Below, one piece after another: positions 39,578-50,211 of a DNA stretch of 64,000 nucleotides. Under the pieces are notes generated by a model. The model was not told the DNA's origin, searched no databases, and worked only from the letters and a program-made list of their open reading frames with translations. The DNA comes from Planctomycetota bacterium (lineage in GTDB: Bacteria > Planctomycetota > UBA1135 > UBA2386): NCBI GenBank assembly GCA_947501605.1, contig CANMWZ010000004.1, forward strand, positions 32,001-96,000, written 5' to 3'. Position numbers and translations under genes: made by a program. Numbering within the stretch: position 1 is the first letter of the stretch; each line of letters opens with the position of its first letter.

Positions 39578-40963
39578 GTGACGGAGCCTGCGCCAACGGA
39601 CCGGTGGTTAGCCGCGGCGATCGTCGCCGCCAACTTCGGCCCCCCCTTCTTGTTCTCGGGGGTTGCCGTTGCGCTGCCAGCAATGGGCCGCGACCTCGCG
39701 GCCAGCGCTACGGAGCTAGGTCTCGTCGAGACGACCTTCTTGTGCAGCAGTCTTGCGCTGTTGTTGCCCGTCGGCCGGCTCGCCGACGCCAGCGACAAGC
39801 GTACGTGGTTCCTCTTTGGGCTTGTTGCCTTCGCGATCCTGTCCTTGGCCATCGCCGCGAGCTCGTCGATGGGGCTGATCCTGCTGCTGCGAACACTGCA
39901 GGGCGCCGCCTCGGCGACGTACACCGCCACCGGGTTCGCGGTGCTGGCAGACGTGGTCGGCAAGGAGCGGCGGGGGCGTGCGTTCGGCGCGGCGATTGGC
40001 GTGACCTATGCCGGTCTGTCGTTTGGACCGCTGGTCGCAGGTGTGCTCGTCGGGCAGTTCGGTTGGCGCAGCGTGTTCGTGTTCGGGGCAGCGCTGATCC
40101 TGTGCAGCTCCGTCGTCGTGTTCGCGCGACTGCCTCGGCAGTGGCGCGCGCCGGCGCGGGTAGTGCATGGTCCCAGCGTCGCGCTGTTGGCGGCCGCGGT
40201 CGCGGCGGCGGCGTTTGGCAGTGCCGTGGTGCACCGGGGCGTGCTGGGAGCCAGCGTGCTCGCGATGGCCGTGGTGTTCGCGGTGTCTTTCGTCTTCGTT
40301 CAGTTGCGGACCAAGCGGCCCTTGCTCGACCTGCGCGCGCTCGCTGCCAACGCCTCGCTGCGCGCCGCTCTCTTGGTGCAGATCGTCCTCTACTGCACGG
40401 CGTTCTGTTCGACGTTCTTACTGAGCCTTTGGCTGCAGGCGGTGCGGCACGTGACGCCCGACACGGCGGGACTCGTGATTGCGTCGGGCAGTCTGCTGAT
40501 GGCCATCGTGGCGCCGGCTGCCGGACGCCTTTTCGAGCGCTTCGGCGCCCAGCGGGTGACGCTCCTCGGCGTGTTGTTCGTGTTGCTGGCGACGCTGCTC
40601 GCGCGCACGCTCGACGTCGGCAGCGAGGCGAACTGGGCCGGTGTCGTGCTGGGGCTTCAGGCGCTCGGCTTTGGCCTGTTCAGCACGCCCAACATGGCGC
40701 GCATCATGGCGAGCCTGCCCGAGCGGCAGAGCACGATGGCGTCGGCGCTCGCGGCGATGGCGCGTTCGATCGGCATGGTCAGTGGCATGCTGCTGACCAA
40801 CGGTGCGATCGCTCTGGCGTGCGGCGACGGCGATGCGGCGGCCCATCCGATGGAGTTCGTCGCGGCGATGCGCAGGGTCTACACCGTGCTCTCGGCGACG
40901 GCCGTCGTGGCGCTGTTGTTGGCGGCGAGCGAGGTCAGTCCGCGGCGTCAACGCTCGAGTTGA
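39578..40963 (+). CDS. MFS transporter (EmrB/QacA DHA2-like, about 14 TM)
   Basis: GRLAD motif A, RTLQG, GPLVAG...GWRSVF, PLLDLR, FSTPN. Confidence 0.88.
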   Translation: MTEPAPTDRWLAAAIVAANFGPPFLFSGVAVALPAMGRDLAASATELGLVETTFLCSSLALLLPVGRLADASDKRTWFLFGLVAFAILSLAIAASSSMGLILLLRTLQGAASATYTATGFAVLADVVGKERRGRAFGAAIGVTYAGLSFGPLVAGVLVGQFGWRSVFVFGAALILCSSVVVFARLPRQWRAPARVVHGPSVALLAAAVAAAAFGSAVVHRGVLGASVLAMAVVFAVSFVFVQLRTKRPLLDLRALAANASLRAALLVQIVLYCTAFCSTFLLSLWLQAVRHVTPDTAGLVIASGSLLMAIVAPAAGRLFERFGAQRVTLLGVLFVLLATLLARTLDVGSEANWAGVVLGLQALGFGLFSTPNMARIMASLPERQSTMASALAAMARSIGMVSGMLLTNGAIALACGDGDAAAHPMEFVAAMRRVYTVLSATAVVALLLAASEVSPRRQRSS

Positions 40964-40975
40964 CGTCGATCCAAG

Positions 40976-41845
40976 TCAGCGCGAGCGCTCGAGCCAGAGC
41001 CGGCCACCGCTGCTGTCCAATCGAAGCAACGTGTCGCGAAGCAGGCGCGCGCCGATCTTGGGGCAGCCGGGGACCAGCAGAATCGACGGCTCGCGCCACG
41101 TGAGGTTGCCGAGCCGCAGAACGCCGGCGAGGTGCGCGATCTCCTTGGGCTGGGTCCCGGCGATGGACGCGATCTCACCGTAGGCTCGGGGTTTGCCGGT
41201 GAACGGCACGTCAGTGCCGGGCGGCAGTGCGACCGATTGCTGAAATCCAGTGTCCACCAGCATCCGCACTGCCGTGCCTGCGAGGTCGACCGTGACCCAC
41301 GGCGAGCGTTCGTCGAACTGGTGCGCCGGCCCAGTCGGTGCCGCGCTGCGCGGCAAGCACCGAACGCTGTGGTTCTGATAGTCGATCTCGAGCAGGCACT
41401 GCCGAAACAGGTCACAACCGGCGATGCCGGCGATCGGCAAGCCACCGTGCTCGCGCAGCAGCGAGAGGTCGAGTCCGATCGCATCGACGTCCTGAAACTC
41501 CACTTCGCCAAGCCGCAGTGCCGGCAGGCGCTCGAACTGGACCCCTGGCACCGCCGTGCCAGTGGCGGTGACGACGGGTTCGTCACCCAGGGAGCGGAGG
41601 CCGAGAGAGCGCCCGAACTGCAGATCGAGCAGGGTCTTGTCAGTGCCGGTGTCCAACAACAGTACGTGGCGGCCAGCGAGTCCGGGGAACTCGGCAAACA
41701 GCAGGAATGCGCCGCGCACGTGGCGCGACGGCAAGACCGCAGCTCCGTCCGTGGGCAGGGTCGTGCGCCGCGGGCCCAACTCCGGAGTCGCGCAGGCAGC
41801 GACCAAGAGCAGGGCTACGAGTTGAGTCAGCTTCTCCGGTTTCAA
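40976..41845 (-). CDS. Retropepsin-like (two-lobed) aspartyl protease lipoprotein
   Basis: LLLVAA-C lipobox; LLLDTG and MLVDTG catalytic-type motifs; IAGIAGCDLF...EIDY. Confidence 0.8.
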   Translation of the reverse strand: MKPEKLTQLVALLLVAACATPELGPRRTTLPTDGAAVLPSRHVRGAFLLFAEFPGLAGRHVLLLDTGTDKTLLDLQFGRSLGLRSLGDEPVVTATGTAVPGVQFERLPALRLGEVEFQDVDAIGLDLSLLREHGGLPIAGIAGCDLFRQCLLEIDYQNHSVRCLPRSAAPTGPAHQFDERSPWVTVDLAGTAVRMLVDTGFQQSVALPPGTDVPFTGKPRAYGEIASIAGTQPKEIAHLAGVLRLGNLTWREPSILLVPGCPKIGARLLRDTLLRLDSSGGRLWLERSR

Positions 41846-41854
41846 GACGGCACC

Positions 41855-43633
41855 TCAAGAGCACGCGCGCAGCATGCCGGCGTAGATGTCGTTCTGTCGC
41901 AGGAGTTGATCGTGCGTGCCGGCTTCGGCGATGCGGCCGCCGGCGATCACCAGGATTGTCGAGCTTTGGCGCACCGTCGACAAACGGTGGGCGACGACCA
42001 GTGCCGTCCTGCCACGCAGCGCCACTACGAGCGCGTTCTGCAGGCGGGCCTCGGAGGCGCTGTCGATGCTTGCCGTCGCCTCGTCGAGCACCAGCACTGC
42101 GGGGTCGGTGACCAGCGCGCGGGCGAACGCCAGCAGTTGCCGTTGGCCCTGTGAGAAGGTGCCGCCTCGTTCTTCTACCTGTGCCTGCAGGCCGCCCTTC
42201 AGCGCGCGCACGAACTCCGCGGCGCCGACGAGTTCGAGTGCGTTCCACACCTGCTCCTCAGAGATGCTGCGGTCGAACAGCCGAACGTTGTCGATCACCG
42301 ACCCGGTGAACAAGAACAGGTCTTGGGCGACGACGCCGACGCGGCGTCGCAGCGAGGTGAGGTCCCACTGGCGGACGTCGATGCCATCAACCAGCACGCG
42401 ACCGTTGGTCACGTCGCGCAAACGCGAGACCAAGGAGAGCATCGTCGTCTTGCCAGCGCCCGTGGGGCCAACGATGGCGATGGTTGCGCCTGGTTCCGCT
42501 CGAAACGACACGCCGTTCAGCACCGGCTCGCCATCGCGATAGCCGAAGACGACATTCTCGAACTCAATGCTGGCGGCGCCGCGCGCTGTCGGGGCGAACG
42601 CATTTGCGATCGGTGGTGGAAACCGTGGCGTGTCGAGGATGAGGAAGATGCGCTCGGTGCTCGCGAACGCAGCTTGGAGTACGTTGTACTTCTCGCCCAG
42701 TTCTTTGATCGGCGAGGTCAACATCCCGAAGTAGAGCCAGAACTGGATGAACATGCCGGGATCTGCTTCGCCGCGCAGAACCGACGTGCCGCCGAACCAG
42801 AGCAGGCCAATGCCGGTTGCACGCAGTGCGAAGTCGACCAACGCGAAGAACACCGAGAAGTGGTAGACGGTCGCTCGCCACGACTGCGCGGTGTCGGCGT
42901 TGAGTGCCTCGTAGCGCGTCTGGACGGCGTCCTCGCGACCGAACGCGCGGGTCGCCCGCACGCCGCCGATCGCCTCGGTGGTGTAGGCATTCTGTAGTGC
43001 GAGCTTGCCGCGGACCGCGCGGTAGGCGCGCTGGGCATTGCGGCGAAAGAGGATGCTGATCAAGATCACGACTGGGGTGGTCGCGACGGTGAACAGAGCG
43101 AGTCGCACATCGAGGAAGAACAGCGCGATCAGAACGCCGACGATCTTGAGCAGATCGAACGCGCTCTGCAGTACGCCGGTCGAGATCAGTTCGTTGAGGT
43201 TCTCGACGTCGCTCGTGACGCGCGTCGTCAACTTGCCGGCGGCGTTGCGTTCGTGGAAACCGATGCTCGCGTGCAGCAGGTGGTCAAACAGCTGTCGCCG
43301 CACGTCGCGGATCACGCGTTGGCCGTTCCATGCCGTTAGCTGGCCGTAGACGTAGCTGCACGCGGTTCCGAGGAGGACCACGAGCAAGAAGGCTCCGGCA
43401 TACCACCACAGGTCTGTCGTGCGCTCGGCGACCGTGCGGCCCTCGGTCCGCATCGGGCCATTGATCGCGGCACGCAACAACCACGGGCCGACCAGTTCGA
43501 TGGCGAACGACACGACGAGCAACGACAGACTGGCGGCGAACGCGCGCCGATACGGACGCACGAACGGCCAGAGGCGCGGCAGAAAGCCGAGATCGATCGG
43601 GCGCTCCAGCAGATCGTCGTCTTCGAGGCTCAT
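41855..43633 (-). CDS. ABC exporter, fused TMD+NBD (heterodimer subunit B, MdlB/YheH-like)
   Basis: GPTGAGKTT, degenerate signature FSQGQRQL, LDEATASID, AHRLST. Confidence 0.93.
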   Translation of the reverse strand: MSLEDDDLLERPIDLGFLPRLWPFVRPYRRAFAASLSLLVVSFAIELVGPWLLRAAINGPMRTEGRTVAERTTDLWWYAGAFLLVVLLGTACSYVYGQLTAWNGQRVIRDVRRQLFDHLLHASIGFHERNAAGKLTTRVTSDVENLNELISTGVLQSAFDLLKIVGVLIALFFLDVRLALFTVATTPVVILISILFRRNAQRAYRAVRGKLALQNAYTTEAIGGVRATRAFGREDAVQTRYEALNADTAQSWRATVYHFSVFFALVDFALRATGIGLLWFGGTSVLRGEADPGMFIQFWLYFGMLTSPIKELGEKYNVLQAAFASTERIFLILDTPRFPPPIANAFAPTARGAASIEFENVVFGYRDGEPVLNGVSFRAEPGATIAIVGPTGAGKTTMLSLVSRLRDVTNGRVLVDGIDVRQWDLTSLRRRVGVVAQDLFLFTGSVIDNVRLFDRSISEEQVWNALELVGAAEFVRALKGGLQAQVEERGGTFSQGQRQLLAFARALVTDPAVLVLDEATASIDSASEARLQNALVVALRGRTALVVAHRLSTVRQSSTILVIAGGRIAEAGTHDQLLRQNDIYAGMLRACS

Positions 43634-45477
43634 GGTGCCGTGCCGCCTTCGAGGGCGCTGGCTTCGGTCTGCCGGCGAAAGGCGGCGGCATAGTCGCCGC
43701 CGAGTGCGACGAGCTCGCGGTGGGATCCTCGTTCGTGCACGGTGCCGCGGTCGAGCACCAAGACCAGGTCGGCATCGGTCACGGCCGAAAGTCGGTGCGT
43801 CGCCACGATCATGGTGCGCTTTTCGCGCGCTCGCTGCAGGCCGCTCACGATGCGGCGTTCGGTGTGCGAGTCGACGGCGGACAGCGTGTCATCGAGCATC
43901 AATGCCGGTCGATCGCCCAGCAGAGCTCGCGCCAGTGACACGCGCTGCTTCTGGCCGCCGGAGAGCGTTACGCCGCGTTCGCCGACTACGGTCTGGAGGC
44001 CGAGTTGCAGTTGCGGGAGGTCCTGGTCGAGTGCCGCGGCCTCGACTGCGAGGTCGAGATCTTCGGGGCCCGCCTGCGCGCGGGCGAACGCCACATTGGC
44101 GGCGATCGTGTCGCTGAACAGAAACGGCTCTTGCGGGGCGAAGGCGAACACGGCGCGGATGGCGCGAGGAGACAGGTCCAGAACGTCGTGGCCGTCGAGA
44201 AAGATCGTGCCGCGCGGCGGTTCGTAGAAGCGCAGGCACAGTGCCAGCAAAGTCGTCTTGCCGCTGCCGACCGGACCGACGAGTCCGAGTTTGCGACCTG
44301 GCTCCAGTTCGAAGGACACCGAACGCAGGGCTGGCGCTGCGGCACCGGCGTAGGTGAATGTGAGGTCGCGCACGAGGAGGTGGCCGCGCAAGGGAAGGTC
44401 CAACCCCGTGCTGTCCTCGGCCTTCTCGGCGAACAGTTCTTCGACGCGCTTCGCGGCAGCGATCGCCCGCGGCATCGTCGCCAGAGTCCAGCCGAGGATC
44501 TCGAGCGGGAACATCATGAGCCCGAGATAGACCGTGAACTGGAACAGCGCGCCGATCGTCAACTGCCCATCGATCACCTGGTGGCCACCGACCAGTAACA
44601 CTGCGAAGAGCACCGCGCCCGTGGTCGAGTGCGTGATGGCGTGCATCATGGAACGGAGTCGCACGAGGCGCAGGTTGCACCCGAGGTAGCGGCGGTTCTT
44701 GGTGGCCATTGCCGCCAGCTCGCGGTCTTGCGCGGCAAACTGCTGCAGAATGCGGATGCCGGCGAAGTCCTCGTGCGCGCGCTGCGACAGCTGGCCGATG
44801 GCTTCCTGCGCCCGCTTGCTCCACTTGTGCAGCCGGGGCATCAGCATCCGCAAGGCGATGAACAGCATCCCGAACGCGAGTGCACAAGCAAACGTGACAC
44901 CGAGGTCCAGCCGCGCCATCAATACAGCACCGGCGGGGAGCAAGCACAGGGCGCTGCCGCCGTGCAGGAGCAGCGGCCCCATGACGAAGCGCACAAGCTC
45001 GACATCCTGCGTGAGTCTGCTGACCACGTCGCCGGTGCGGGCGCGGTCAAACCACGTGATCGGGAGGCGTTGGAGGTGCGCGAGCGCTTCGTTCTTGAGG
45101 TCCTGTTCGACGAGGCGTGAAACGTCGATCAGCCACCGCCGCGAGACGTAGCGAAAGACGGTCTCTGCGACCGCGAGTGCGAGCAGCAGCCAGCAGGAGT
45201 CGGCGAGCGCGGCTTGCGCAGCAGCAGTGGAGCCAGTTGCGGTGGCGGACGGCGGTCCACTGCCCGGTTCGAGTTGATCGAGAACCCCGCCCATGACGGA
45301 CGGCATCCAGAGCGAAACGGCGGCGTGCAGGGGGACGCAGGCCATGCCGAGCAGAACCATGCCGCGACGGCGCATCAACATCTGCCAGGGGCGGTGCAGT
45401 GCGGCCGCTGTCGAACCAAGCTTGGGCAAGGGCACAGCATCCGGGCTGGCATGGACGGATGCAAACCGGTGTTGCAT
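43630..45477 (-). CDS. ABC exporter, fused TMD+NBD (heterodimer subunit A, MdlA/YheI-like)
   Basis: GPVGSGKTT, LSGGQKQR, LDDTLSAVD (non-canonical D after Walker B), THRLS. Start is uncertain (ATG 45477 or later). Confidence 0.9.
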   Translation of the reverse strand: MQHRFASVHASPDAVPLPKLGSTAAALHRPWQMLMRRRGMVLLGMACVPLHAAVSLWMPSVMGGVLDQLEPGSGPPSATATGSTAAAQAALADSCWLLLALAVAETVFRYVSRRWLIDVSRLVEQDLKNEALAHLQRLPITWFDRARTGDVVSRLTQDVELVRFVMGPLLLHGGSALCLLPAGAVLMARLDLGVTFACALAFGMLFIALRMLMPRLHKWSKRAQEAIGQLSQRAHEDFAGIRILQQFAAQDRELAAMATKNRRYLGCNLRLVRLRSMMHAITHSTTGAVLFAVLLVGGHQVIDGQLTIGALFQFTVYLGLMMFPLEILGWTLATMPRAIAAAKRVEELFAEKAEDSTGLDLPLRGHLLVRDLTFTYAGAAAPALRSVSFELEPGRKLGLVGPVGSGKTTLLALCLRFYEPPRGTIFLDGHDVLDLSPRAIRAVFAFAPQEPFLFSDTIAANVAFARAQAGPEDLDLAVEAAALDQDLPQLQLGLQTVVGERGVTLSGGQKQRVSLARALLGDRPALMLDDTLSAVDSHTERRIVSGLQRAREKRTMIVATHRLSAVTDADLVLVLDRGTVHERGSHRELVALGGDYAAAFRRQTEASALEGGTAP

Positions 45478-45595
45478 TCCTCGACAGTGGGTCGTTCTCG
45501 ATCTGCGACTTCTCCGCGCCTGCAGTTTCACTGCACCACCGCCGCGCGTCGACAAGCGACACGGTCTCTTGTCATCCGCAGGAGCGCAGGCAGCC

Positions 45596-48500
45596 ATGAT
45601 CCACCAACGACTTCCTCTCGCGACAGCACTCCTCGCCGCTCGTCCGCACCGGTCTCCTGCACCCGTGCGCGCAGAGCAGCGCGGCCTGTCACTGCCCGAG
45701 GTCCTGCTCGGCCTGTTGGTGATGGCCACTGTTGCCGTCGTGATGGTCAGCCATCTGACCATCAACTTGCAGAGCACTCTTGGTGAGCGCGACCGCTTGT
45801 TCGGCTTTGGCAAGGCGCAGGCCATCCTGGCCGAGATCCAGAGCCATCGTGATCGTGGCACCAGCCGTGAACCCGATGACATCGACGCGCTCGACGACGG
45901 TTCTGTCAGTCGACCGACGTTGACGATCGCCGAGGACGACACCGGCAATCTCGTGCTGCCGGACCACGTCCTTTCGGGGAACTACGAACGCTCTGGCGAG
46001 TGGGTCTGGACCCGTCGAATCAGCGTTCAACCGCTGCCTGGCATCGATAACCGCAACGTGCGCTACGTGACCGTGCGCGTGTTCCACCGCGACGGCGCTG
46101 GTATCGAGCGCGAGGCGGCGAACTTGTCGGCTTTGGTCAACGCCCCCGGCGCGGCCTTTCCGACCACTCAGGTGTTCGACCTGTATCTGCTCGCGGTCGA
46201 GAACATCCCAGGCTGGTGGGTCTTCATGGACTCGATCCGCCCGTTCGTGGAGTCGACGATCACGGATCTGGAGACGCGCAACCCCGGTCTCGAGGTGCGG
46301 ACGCACTGGATCACCAAGTCGAGCTTTGGCCGCAACCAGACCTATCGCCCGTTCATCAACGACGCGGTCGACAGTCTGCAGCCGATTCCGGACGTCTACT
46401 ACTACCCGGGTCGGATGCCAGCCGGTTCGGCGTCGACCTACTACTACGTGCCCTCGAACATCAAGGGGCGCATCTCGCAGGATGGCGTCGAACGCAACGG
46501 CTTTGACCCGGACACCAATCCGCTGCCGTACTCGTTGGCGGACTACTTCAACCACGCCATGCGCCAGCCAGAAGAGCTTGGCTTGTGGACGGCACGCGTG
46601 CAGGCCATCGAAGCGCGAGAAACTCTGATTGCCGATGCGCGCGCCGCGGGCCGTCTACCGCCGCCAGCGCTCGACGACATGTCGAAGGAGCCGACTCTGC
46701 GCATGTTCCTCGACGACCTCTCGGCGACGCCCGAGAAGTACCGCAACGCGCTGGTGATCAACCTGCACGGCGAGTTGCTGCCGATGCCGGCAATGCGTAA
46801 CTACTCGGATGCGGCACGCGATCCGATCCGCGCCCCGGAAGTTCGAGTCGTGACCCACAGCGAGCAGATCCGCACGCGGCGCGATGCCGGTGGCGGCGAT
46901 CCGGCCCGCTTTCGTGTCTATGCCTACACGTCGAACGTGGCGCCGAGCTGGCAGACGGTGCCAGCGATCGCCATGGACGTCACCGGTCTGGATCTGACCG
47001 ATGACACGACGCCGGAGCCAGAGCTCCGTGCCGACGTCCAGTTGCAGAATCTCCGTGGCGGCGTTCCCGTGAACGGCGATAGCTCCTACTTCCCCTTTGC
47101 CGCCGCGAAGGTGGAAGGCGACCGGACCCTCGTCCTCGGGGAGATGTACTACTCGGCGCGTCTCGTCAAGCCGAGCAATGGGGACGTCCCGTTCACGCGG
47201 GTCATGCTCTACAACACGCCGTGCGTGGCGCCGTCCGTCGCTGGTCGTGGCCTCACCAACGATCGGCGCTCGCTGCTCTATGGCCTCGCCTACGTGCCGA
47301 GTCCGTGCTCACCGCGTCGCGACTTCGACTACGACCTCTTCAGTGCCCCCGTGGGTTCACGGGCCAAGAACTCGGCGCGCTGGACGCTGGCGGTGCCGTC
47401 GAGCGTGTTTGCGGATCGTCGCTTCATCACGGCGGCTGGCGACAGCATCAACCCGGCGGCAGACGTGGTGCTCGCTGTGAGCACGCGCATCTGGACCGGC
47501 GCCGAGGCCGAGACCGCTGGTCGCATGTGGCCAATCGCGGTTCGGACCGCGCCAGAGAACCTGACGACTACCTACACTTGGTGGTGCGACAGCCCGACGG
47601 ACGTGCCGGTTTCGGAGCGGTCGCAGTTCCTTGGCGATCCCCGCCACTGCCCGTATCGAGACCTGATGCGTGCCTCCGTCGCTGGTGACCCCGATCACCC
47701 GGCGCCGGTTCCGGACTTCGTCGACGGCTACAACTGGTACTTCGACGCGCTGAACAACACCACGGACGCGCGACCGGACTTCCCGAACCTCTCGGCGCCG
47801 CGCCTCGCCAACCTGTGGCGTGGAGCCATTCAGAGCGACGTGCCGCGCCAGCTCAATTCCTTGCGCCAGGGTCTGGTCCAGAGCCGCTGCGTCTACACCA
47901 CGCTCACGGGGTTCTCGTACTACTACCTCGGCATCGGCAACGAGATTGGCTACGACGCCGCGAACGGCTACCCGAGTTCGATTCCGGTCAATCAGACTCC
48001 GTTCGGTGCGCCGGCTGCCGCGGGCTTCGTCAACAACATCACGGGCCAGCGTACCTTGGTGCGTTCGAACGCGTTGCTCCCCACCTACTGGTGGTCGATG
48101 CCGTGGCTTGGCGATCTCTACCCGGATGCTTCGGCTGCTGCTTGGTTTGCCTTGGATGCCAATGGCAACCCGCGCGGAAACCTGAGCGCTGGTGCAGGAG
48201 CGACGGCGTTCCGTCACCAACAGGCGTTGCTCGTGAACTCGGGCAGTGCCCGCTCGGCATGGGGAACGCGCATGGTGAACTCGCACCAGCGCATGCAGGA
48301 CGAGGGGTGCACCTCGTTCTTCAACACGGGAACTGCGGCGTCGACTTTCCACCATCAGTACGCGGCTGGCACGGGAACGTTGACGGTCTCGGGAACCGAG
48401 ATCGCGGACAACTACAACTTCAACATGCCGACGACTGCACCGATCAGCCGTCCGTTCGGCATTGCGACCAACACGAGCGGTACCGTCGGCTCGGAGTGGA

Positions 48501-49168
48501 ACTTCTCGCCGTACAGCACAGGCCGCTACACGACGCAGTTGTTGCGGACCTACTACAACCACCCGAACGGCAATGTCGGGTCGGGCTTGGTCCGCATGTC
48601 GGATCCCGCAGCGCAGAACTCGGCCTATGTCGTGGTCAACGGCATCGACCGCACGGTCGAGTCGGGCTCCAACTTCATTGCCAAGTACTCGGTGCTCTCG
48701 CTCGTGCACTCCTTCTTCGAGGCCGGTAACCCGAGCCTTGCGCATCGCATCCAGCAGCCGGTACGGGTCGAGATCCTGGAGCCGACCGACATCTCGGAGT
48801 TGGTGGATCCCATCGACATCGACATTGCGTTCGAGACGTCATGGCGTCGTTGGGACGGGTTGCCGTACACGGCAGCGGGTGGCGTGGCCGAGAGCGAAGC
48901 GGAACTGGAGTATGTGCTCACCTACTCGAACGACAACGGCGTCACGTGGCGCCACATCCGCGACGGCTCGCCGGCCAACCCGGGTACGCGTCCGACCGAC
49001 CCGGCGATGCTGGCCGCGGATACTGGCCCCGGTGCGGAGACGTTCACGTGGAATGTGCCGTCGGCGCAGTTCCCGCAGGGTAGCTACCAGTTGCGCGTCG
49101 ACTGCTTCCGACAAGGCGCTCCGATCCACTTCTCGTACCACAAGACCCGACTGTTCCTGCAACGCTGA
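45596..49168 (+). CDS. Giant (1190 aa) prepilin-type protein: PilV/GspI-like N-terminal pilin domain plus about 1000 aa of extracellular domains
   Basis: AGGAG upstream of ATG 45596; class III signal RG|LSLPEVLLGLLVMATVAVVM (E5); pilin head WTRRISVQ...RYVTVRV; C-terminal beta-rich region with YSNDNGVTW and GSYQLRV. Confidence 0.8.
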   Translation: MIHQRLPLATALLAARPHRSPAPVRAEQRGLSLPEVLLGLLVMATVAVVMVSHLTINLQSTLGERDRLFGFGKAQAILAEIQSHRDRGTSREPDDIDALDDGSVSRPTLTIAEDDTGNLVLPDHVLSGNYERSGEWVWTRRISVQPLPGIDNRNVRYVTVRVFHRDGAGIEREAANLSALVNAPGAAFPTTQVFDLYLLAVENIPGWWVFMDSIRPFVESTITDLETRNPGLEVRTHWITKSSFGRNQTYRPFINDAVDSLQPIPDVYYYPGRMPAGSASTYYYVPSNIKGRISQDGVERNGFDPDTNPLPYSLADYFNHAMRQPEELGLWTARVQAIEARETLIADARAAGRLPPPALDDMSKEPTLRMFLDDLSATPEKYRNALVINLHGELLPMPAMRNYSDAARDPIRAPEVRVVTHSEQIRTRRDAGGGDPARFRVYAYTSNVAPSWQTVPAIAMDVTGLDLTDDTTPEPELRADVQLQNLRGGVPVNGDSSYFPFAAAKVEGDRTLVLGEMYYSARLVKPSNGDVPFTRVMLYNTPCVAPSVAGRGLTNDRRSLLYGLAYVPSPCSPRRDFDYDLFSAPVGSRAKNSARWTLAVPSSVFADRRFITAAGDSINPAADVVLAVSTRIWTGAEAETAGRMWPIAVRTAPENLTTTYTWWCDSPTDVPVSERSQFLGDPRHCPYRDLMRASVAGDPDHPAPVPDFVDGYNWYFDALNNTTDARPDFPNLSAPRLANLWRGAIQSDVPRQLNSLRQGLVQSRCVYTTLTGFSYYYLGIGNEIGYDAANGYPSSIPVNQTPFGAPAAAGFVNNITGQRTLVRSNALLPTYWWSMPWLGDLYPDASAAAWFALDANGNPRGNLSAGAGATAFRHQQALLVNSGSARSAWGTRMVNSHQRMQDEGCTSFFNTGTAASTFHHQYAAGTGTLTVSGTEIADNYNFNMPTTAPISRPFGIATNTSGTVGSEWNFSPYSTGRYTTQLLRTYYNHPNGNVGSGLVRMSDPAAQNSAYVVVNGIDRTVESGSNFIAKYSVLSLVHSFFEAGNPSLAHRIQQPVRVEILEPTDISELVDPIDIDIAFETSWRRWDGLPYTAAGGVAESEAELEYVLTYSNDNGVTWRHIRDGSPANPGTRPTDPAMLAADTGPGAETFTWNVPSAQFPQGSYQLRVDCFRQGAPIHFSYHKTRLFLQR

Positions 49169-49182
49169 TCCAGGTGGCTATC

Positions 49183-50211
49183 ATGACTCGCAACACACAG
49201 AAGGGTTTCAGTTTGGTCGAGGTGATCATCTCCGCGGCCATCTTCATGGTCTTGGTGGTGGTCGTGAGTTCTCTTGCGATCACGGGTTCGGATGCTCAAG
49301 ACCTGGGTCGCCGGATCAGCAAGATGACGGAAGTGGCACAGGAGGTGGCGGATGATATCCGACTCCAGATGGTGTCCTCGGCGCGCGTCTTCGGCAATGA
49401 CACGTCAGGCCGTGCAATGATGGGGATCCTGGATTTGGGGGCGGCGCCAACGCCGGCTGGAGTTCGTCGATTGCCGACGATCGATCAGGACGGACCGTTC
49501 CGGCAGGACACTCTGGGCGACGAGATCACCGGCAACACGATTCTGTTCGCCTACTTGGCCTGGCGTGACCGCTATCGCTGCATCTCCGGGAAGGACTATC
49601 TCGTCGATGTGTATCGAATGGTGCACTACTACATGTCACCAGCGGACGGCGGCCCTGGGCCCAACGTACGCGGCGGTCTTGACCTCGTTCATTTCGTCAG
49701 CGAGCCGCTTGCTGATGGCGACGCCATCAACAACATCACGGATCCGATTGATCGTGCCGAACTGCTCTTGCACCTTCACGACAGTACTCCAGATGCCGAA
49801 GGCCGAGCTCGTGACCCGGTCCAGGTGGTATGGCTCCGAGCCGGCGAGCCGGATGCGGTCGGCACCTTGCGACAGATCGACGACAACGACGGTAGCCTGA
49901 GCGATGACGTCCTCCCGGCGACTGGCCGCCCAGACCCCTGGCAGATCCTGCCGAGCGCTGATGGCGTTGCTCGTCTGCTTGCCTTCCGTCGCGCCTCCGT
50001 GGCATCGAACTTCGATGTGACAGCTCCGGGGATTTCTCGTTTCGCAGTGCGTGACGACGCCAATGGCTTCCCGCACGGACTGGAGTTCCAAGTGATCGGT
50101 CCGACGGCAGCGAGGCAGATGCTGCTGCATCTGGTCTTGGTGGATACGGCCCGCAAGGGACAGCCAGCATGGAGCCAGATGCAGACGATCATCACGGCTC
50201 ACGATCGCTGA
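49183..50211 (+). CDS. Prepilin-type N-terminal cleavage/methylation domain protein (PilW/GspJ-like)
   Basis: MTRNTQKG|FSLVEVIISAAIFMVLVVVV is a canonical class III signal; 14 bp after the giant pilin stop. Confidence 0.85.
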   Translation: MTRNTQKGFSLVEVIISAAIFMVLVVVVSSLAITGSDAQDLGRRISKMTEVAQEVADDIRLQMVSSARVFGNDTSGRAMMGILDLGAAPTPAGVRRLPTIDQDGPFRQDTLGDEITGNTILFAYLAWRDRYRCISGKDYLVDVYRMVHYYMSPADGGPGPNVRGGLDLVHFVSEPLADGDAINNITDPIDRAELLLHLHDSTPDAEGRARDPVQVVWLRAGEPDAVGTLRQIDDNDGSLSDDVLPATGRPDPWQILPSADGVARLLAFRRASVASNFDVTAPGISRFAVRDDANGFPHGLEFQVIGPTAARQMLLHLVLVDTARKGQPAWSQMQTIITAHDR

